Positions 58,897 to 64,000 of a stretch of DNA of 64,000 bases are shown here, one piece after another. Below the pieces are notes generated by a model. The model was not told the DNA's origin and made no database searches. It worked only from the letters and a program-made list of their open reading frames with translations. The stretch spans positions 1 to 64,000 of the forward strand of contig CAXULY010000021.1 of the NCBI GenBank assembly GCA_964252075.1, read 5' to 3'. The stretch comes from an uncultured Deinococcaceae bacterium. GTDB lineage: Bacteria; Deinococcota; Deinococci; Deinococcales; Deinococcaceae. A program made the translations under genes and the position numbers. Position 1 is the stretch's first letter. Every line of letters starts with the position of its first letter.

Positions 58897-60641
58897 GCAC
58901 CGGGAAATTCGCGGATTACTTCGCGGGGCGCGCCATCACGCTGCCCGGCGTGTACACCGACACGGACGCGTCCGCGCTCGTCGCGCCGTCCGGCGTGCCG
59001 CAACGCGCCATGGTGATTGTGGACGTGGCGCGCGGCGGGAACGTCGGCCTCGCGACGCGCGTGCCCGCCGCGCAGGTCGTGCCGCTGCTGCGCGGCGGGC
59101 ACGGCGCGCAGCTCGCCAGCATCGCCACGAACGAGGGCGGCCTCAAAGAGGTGTTCTTCGTGCGCGTGAACGCCGCCACCGCGGCGGCGCTCGACGTGGG
59201 TGACGGCACCATCACGCACCGCAACCCCGGCACGGGCAGCCGCGCCACGAAGGTGGAGCGCAGCGCGAACGCCGCCCGCGCGGACGCCTGGGACGTGCGC
59301 GTGACCGACACGTCCGGCGCCTTCCCGCCCGAGGCGTACCTCGGCCTTGGCCCGGTGCTGGACGTCACGTACGCTGGCACGGGCAGCGCGCCCACGCTCG
59401 CCATCACGGCGGCGACCGGCACCACCACCTTCACGTTCGGCGCGACGGACGACACGGACGCCGTGGAGGTCGTGACGAGCGACCAGGCCGCGACCGCGCA
59501 GCTCCTCGCGGACTTCCTGAACGGCACGCCCAGCTGGACCGCGAAGGTCTCGGGCAACCCGGCGTTCCCACTCGCGCAGGTGCCCGCGCAGACCGTGACG
59601 TTCACGGCCAGCAAGGGCAGCGTGTCGGGCGGCTTCAACACCATCGCGGTGGCGCTGGAGAACAGCAACATCGTGGCTGGCACGCCCAAGGCGGGCGCGG
59701 CGCGCCTCACGAGCGGCGCGGAGTACCTGACGGGCGGCTCCGACGGCAGCGCCCCCACCACGAACGACTGGATCAGCGCGCTGCGCGTGTGCGAGAACCT
59801 GCCGGTCATCAACATCGTGATCGGCACGGGCGACCCGGCGGTCGTCGCGGCGCTCGAAAGCCACGTGCTGCGCATGAGTGAAGTCACCGCGAAGCGCGAG
59901 CGCATCGGCTGGACGGGCCCCGGCCTGCAGGTCAGCAAGGCGGCGTTCAAGTCGGCGGCCATCACGCTGGCGCTGCAGTGCGACTCGTCGCGCATGGTCG
60001 TGGCGGGCAACGAGGTCATCACGAACGACCTGCTGACCCGCAAGCTCACGCGCTTCGACAGCACTGCGCTGGCGGCGTTCGCGGCGGCCCTGAAGACCGC
60101 CGGGCGGCCCGAGGAGCCCCTCACGCACAAGACCGTGCCGATGCAGCTGCAATACAGCTACGACCCGGACGCGGACCTCGTGGACCTCATCGAGGGCGGC
60201 GTCATGGCGGCGCACTACGACACCGAGGCGGGCCGCAACCTCATCACGCAGGGCCTCACGACGTACACGGATGACGCGAACGTCGCGTACCGCAAGATCG
60301 CCGGTCAGGACACCATCGACTACCTGAACAAGCGCCTGCGCGTCGCGCTGGAGCCGTTCGTCGGCAAGGTGGGCGACCAGACGCTCGCGCAGCAGGTCGT
60401 CACGAAAGCGGCGGGCGTGCTGAACAGCGAGATCCGCGACACCCGCAACCCGCGCGGCGTGCTGATCGCCGGGCTGGACCCCGAAACCCGCGCGCCCGTG
60501 AAGGCGTGGGACTCGCTGGTGGCCGAAACGAACGGCTTCGACGTGCTCGGCGTGACGTTCAACGCGCGCATCGTCGGCGAGATCGCCAAGGTGTTCGTGA
60601 CCACCACCCTCAAGCCCGTGACGCTCACGGCGAGCGCGTAA
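58893..60641 (+). CDS. Contractile tail sheath protein
   Basis: LPGVYT, LTGGSDG, PLTHK, ITQGLTT, FVGK. Confidence 0.85.
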   Translation: MSTGKFADYFAGRAITLPGVYTDTDASALVAPSGVPQRAMVIVDVARGGNVGLATRVPAAQVVPLLRGGHGAQLASIATNEGGLKEVFFVRVNAATAAALDVGDGTITHRNPGTGSRATKVERSANAARADAWDVRVTDTSGAFPPEAYLGLGPVLDVTYAGTGSAPTLAITAATGTTTFTFGATDDTDAVEVVTSDQAATAQLLADFLNGTPSWTAKVSGNPAFPLAQVPAQTVTFTASKGSVSGGFNTIAVALENSNIVAGTPKAGAARLTSGAEYLTGGSDGSAPTTNDWISALRVCENLPVINIVIGTGDPAVVAALESHVLRMSEVTAKRERIGWTGPGLQVSKAAFKSAAITLALQCDSSRMVVAGNEVITNDLLTRKLTRFDSTALAAFAAALKTAGRPEEPLTHKTVPMQLQYSYDPDADLVDLIEGGVMAAHYDTEAGRNLITQGLTTYTDDANVAYRKIAGQDTIDYLNKRLRVALEPFVGKVGDQTLAQQVVTKAAGVLNSEIRDTRNPRGVLIAGLDPETRAPVKAWDSLVAETNGFDVLGVTFNARIVGEIAKVFVTTTLKPVTLTASA

Positions 60642-60652
60642 GGAGGCCCTGA

Positions 60653-61189
60653 GTGACGGTCTACAACAACTACAACAGCGTGAAGTCCCGCCACGCGAAC
60701 ACCGCCAAGGTGATTATTGACGGCGAGGTGGTCGCGGAGTGCATGTCGATCAGCGTGCAGGAGTCCGGCGGCACCGACCAGACGTACACGGTCGGTGAGG
60801 CCAAGCCGCAGGAGAGCATCCACAACCGCTACAGCGCCAGCGCGCAGATTCAGCGCGTGATCTTCAAGGACGGCGCGCTCCAGAAGTACACGATGGGCGG
60901 CTCCGGCCTGCTGGACCTCCCGACGTTCACCATCCAGGCGATTGACGAGATTGACGGCGCGGTGCTGTTCACCTTGATCGGCTGCACGCTCGCGTCGCGC
61001 AGCACGAACATCCAGGCGAACCAGCGCATCATGAGCGACGTGCAGGTGCTCGCGCTGGACTGCCAGGACAAGGACGGGCAGGTGTCGGGCGGCAGCACCT
61101 TCGGGCAGGACGGCGGGGCGGGCGCCGCCACCACCAACGACACCACCCCGCGCGGCGGCAGCGCCGGACTGGGCCGACCCGTTCCCTGA
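60653..61189 (+). CDS. Tail tube protein
   Basis: Follows the sheath gene; HANTAKVIIDG...YTVGE...LIGC. Confidence 0.75.
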   Translation: MTVYNNYNSVKSRHANTAKVIIDGEVVAECMSISVQESGGTDQTYTVGEAKPQESIHNRYSASAQIQRVIFKDGALQKYTMGGSGLLDLPTFTIQAIDEIDGAVLFTLIGCTLASRSTNIQANQRIMSDVQVLALDCQDKDGQVSGGSTFGQDGGAGAATTNDTTPRGGSAGLGRPVP

Positions 61190-61277
61190 TCGTCAGTTTG
61201 TCAACAAACAAGCAAACAAACCGTCGCCCCAAGCGGCGGTTTTTCGCGCTCCCCGCGCGCCCCGCCAACATGGGGGC

Positions 61278-61691
61278 ATGGACGCCACCACCTCCGAAGT
61301 CGTCACCATCACGCACGCGGACGCCACGCTGAGCGGCCCGGTGATCTTCCGCTACCCCACGGCCTTCGATCAGATCGCCATCGGCGCGCGCGTCAGCGAC
61401 CTGCTGAACGCCGGGCGGGACGTGCAGTTGCCGCGCGTGCACCCCGCCGACGTGATGCTCGACACGTACCGCCTCGCGCACGCCGTCGCGACGCTGGAGC
61501 ACGTCATTCACACGGCGCCGCGCGGGCTGTACGAGAGCGTGAACGGCCGCGCGGTGCTGAACGTCGGGCGGCTCGTGGACGAGGACGACGACCAGGGCGG
61601 CCTCATCATGACGCTCTACGCAGCGTACGAGCAGTGGAGGTCGTCCTTTCGACGCGCGCGAAGCGCAGCACCTCCAGACGCTGGCGCGTGA
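61278..61691 (+). CDS. Tail assembly chaperone
   Basis: Lies between the tube and tape-measure genes. Confidence 0.6.
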   Translation: MDATTSEVVTITHADATLSGPVIFRYPTAFDQIAIGARVSDLLNAGRDVQLPRVHPADVMLDTYRLAHAVATLEHVIHTAPRGLYESVNGRAVLNVGRLVDEDDDQGGLIMTLYAAYEQWRSSFRRARSAAPPDAGA

Positions 61692-62016
61692 CGACGCCGC
61701 GCGCTTCATCGCCGCCGCCGCGCACCGGGTGGGCGAGAACCCCCTCGCGGCGCTCGGCGTGCCGGGCGTGTGGTCCGTCGAGCGGGCGGTGTTCCTGCAC
61801 GACCTGCTGACGCCGCGCGACCAGGGCGGCAAGACGCAGGGCGAGCTGGACGACGGCGCGCAGGCGGTGCTGGACGCGATGGACGCGCGCGACTCGTGGA
61901 CGCAGGCGACCCGCACCGGGTACCGTGGGCCGCGCGGGCGCGTGCCCACGAAGGTACGCCAAATGGCGCATACGCCAGTCCCTCGACGCATCAACATCCA
62001 GTGGAATCGCGTTTGA
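61648..62016 (+). CDS. Probable frameshift extension of the tail chaperone
   Basis: +1 frame open from TTC61648: FDAREAQHLQTLARDDAARF... Confidence 0.45.
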   Translation, partial: FDAREAQHLQTLARDDAARFIAAAAHRVGENPLAALGVPGVWSVERAVFLHDLLTPRDQGGKTQGELDDGAQAVLDAMDARDSWTQATRTGYRGPRGRVPTKVRQMAHTPVPRRINIQWNRV

Positions 62017-62366
62017 GTTTTATTAGCAGGAATAAACCATGCGATGAATTCAGACCTCCGCTCAATGCTTCAAAAAGGCCTTTTTCCCGTGGTTGTCATA
62101 ACAAACAGGGAAAAGGGTCGTATTTACTTGCTACTCATCCGGCTCATAGGCTCTGCTCAATTTGCACATCATCATTGACACTGTTGCAGACGAGCAATTT
62201 AGCCTAATGAAGCCGCCCCAAGTTCATTGACATTGGCGCGCTAACACATTACGATGAAGGAGCCTGAGAGGGCGGGAAGCTTGACAGTCAGGACACCAGG
62301 GGCACCAAAGGCAAAAGGATTGCAGGTGCCTCTTGCCGGAGGCACCTGCGGAAAGGCAAGGTGACT

Positions 62367-62501
62367 ATGCGTCTAAACCAACGCAAGTCTACCAAAGCCA
62401 CGCGCAGGCCTCAAGTCCCCGACTTTGAGGCAAAGGTTCAGCTGTTGAACCTGCTCGTGAATTTGGCGCGACTCGTCATCGAGTTGATCCAGCACTGGTA
62501 A
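62367..62501 (+). CDS. 44-aa peptide with hydrophobic C-terminus
   Basis: Not in the ORF track. MRLNQRKSTKATRRPQVPDFEAKVQLLNLLVNLARLVIELIQHW*; has its own promoter and terminator. Confidence 0.55.
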   Translation: MRLNQRKSTKATRRPQVPDFEAKVQLLNLLVNLARLVIELIQHW

Positions 62502-62544
62502 ATTGCCTCCTCGCGTGACCTGACCACCGCCCGCCCGCAACGGC

Positions 62545-62569
62545 AACGCCCCCGCAAGGGGGCGTTTTT
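62545..62569 (+). terminator. Intrinsic terminator
   Basis: AACGCCCCC-GCAA-GGGGGCGTT-TTT. Confidence 0.7.
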
Positions 62570-62614
62570 CATTGGTCCCCACCCGCCCCCCGAGCGTGCG
62601 CCCAGCATGACGGC

Positions 62615-64000
62615 ATGACGCAGCGCCGGGTCGAAATCGCCGTAGAGGGCAAGGTCGTCGTGGACGCCGACGTGACCAAGGCCAAAGAGAAGATCAAGGG
62701 CCTCAGCGACGACGGCCTGATCGGGCAGGGCCCCACGCCCAGCGACCCCAGCAAGGCGCCCAGCAACCCCTTCCAGCAACTCAACGCCAGCTACTTCGGC
62801 GCGCAGGCCGAACGCGCCCTCGCGGGCATCCTCCCCCTGATCGGGCAGGAGCACCGCACGCCGGGCCGCGAGCGCACCCTCGATGAGCGATTGGACCGCG
62901 CGCTCTCGAACGCGCAGCTCGGGCAGCGTGACGACCTCGTGGAGGTCCTGACGGGCCTCAAGAACGAACTGCAGCAGCAGCGCCTCACGCGCGGCGCGGG
63001 CAGCGGCGGCGGCTTCGGCGGGGGCGGCGCGCGCCCACCCGGCAGCCCCCCACCGCCCGAAAACGAACCGCCCACCCCGCCCAACAACGCCGGGAACTGG
63101 CTGAAAAACGTTGGCGGCTGGCTGGAGCAGCAGGGCGGACGCAGCCTGCTGGGCGGCCTCTCCGGCACTTTCGGCGGCGCGGTGGGCGGGGCGCTCTTCA
63201 GTGGCGCGTCGCGCCTGCTGGCTGGACCCGCCGGTTGGGCGCTCGGCGGCCTGAGTGCGGCCAACTGGGCGTTTAACGCGGTCAGCAACGCCGTGACGGA
63301 AAAGGACGCGCTGGGGCGGACGGAGATCCTGGGCCAAGCGGATTTGGCCCGTCAGTATGGCATTGACCGCAACATCATGCCGCTCTTCCGCACCAAGAAC
63401 GGCTGGAGCAACAACCGCTTCCAGGCGCTCGGTTACACCGCCAGCGAGGCCGAGCACGTGGCGGCCCAATACGACCGGCCCGGCGGGATGTTGGGCGACG
63501 TGACCAGCATCCTGGGCTTCTCGCGCTCCACCGGGATGAACGAGGGCACGGTGTCGCAGATCGCCCGGCAATTCGGCATCGCGGGCGTCGGTGGCGCCCA
63601 GGGCGGGCACGCCGACGAGTCGCTGCGCGTCCTGAAGCTCGCCGTGACTGAAGGGCTTAAGGACGGGATTGCGGGCTCGGACAGCGTGGAGGCCATGAAG
63701 GGCTACCTGTCTCGCATCAGCAGCGGCGGCAACAGCGTGAACGGCACCAGTCTCGCGTACTTCGCGCAGATCATGCAGCGCCTGAACGCCGACCCCAACG
63801 GCAACCCAGCGATGCGCGGGCAGGCGGGCGCCAGCCTGGCGAGCGGGTTCATGGCTGGCGTGAACAACCAGTCCGACCCCGGCATGAATTACCTGCTGAC
63901 CAGCATGTTGATGAAGGGCGGCAAGCTCCCCAGTGCCCGCGCGCTGGGCCTGACGCTGCCTGCGAGCGACCCGCGCAACGCCGGTGCCAAGCCCGACGAG
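62615..64000 (+). CDS. Tape measure protein (partial)
   Basis: MTQRRVEIAVEGKVVVDAD..., Gly/Ala-rich, open to the window end; follows the chaperones. Confidence 0.7.
   Translation, partial: MTQRRVEIAVEGKVVVDADVTKAKEKIKGLSDDGLIGQGPTPSDPSKAPSNPFQQLNASYFGAQAERALAGILPLIGQEHRTPGRERTLDERLDRALSNAQLGQRDDLVEVLTGLKNELQQQRLTRGAGSGGGFGGGGARPPGSPPPPENEPPTPPNNAGNWLKNVGGWLEQQGGRSLLGGLSGTFGGAVGGALFSGASRLLAGPAGWALGGLSAANWAFNAVSNAVTEKDALGRTEILGQADLARQYGIDRNIMPLFRTKNGWSNNRFQALGYTASEAEHVAAQYDRPGGMLGDVTSILGFSRSTGMNEGTVSQIARQFGIAGVGGAQGGHADESLRVLKLAVTEGLKDGIAGSDSVEAMKGYLSRISSGGNSVNGTSLAYFAQIMQRLNADPNGNPAMRGQAGASLASGFMAGVNNQSDPGMNYLLTSMLMKGGKLPSARALGLTLPASDPRNAGAKPDE

Overview
A 64-kb, very GC-rich segment of a large temperate myovirus that probably persists as a phage-plasmid. 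The host is most likely Deinococcus, inferred from a Deinococcus-like DnaN and the many apparently leaderless genes. From left to right: GpA-type terminase genes; a leftward early operon (dNMP kinase, beta-clamp, RuvC-like, MazG-like); a Cro/CI-like switch; ParA plus a ParG-like partner; and a rep gene with internal iterons, translationally coupled to a TPR-like protein and a 43-aa secreted peptide. The right arm carries portal, MuF-like, protease, scaffold, capsid, neck, sheath, tube, chaperone and tape-measure genes. These are interleaved with three orphan methyltransferases, giant SNF2 and DarB-like proteins, an Acb1-like 2H phosphoesterase, a His-rich zeta-like kinase and three accessory operons. 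Top candidates for novelty: (1) an arbitrium/RRNPP-like receptor-peptide cassette coupled to rep; (2) an HNH endonuclease overprinted inside an uninterrupted methyltransferase frame; (3) a 14-copy CCCCCCG-N10-CANNNT late-promoter motif; (4) hydrophobic-x-K-A tags that may mark head-packaged enzymes. All calls come from motif reading by eye; no database search was run.
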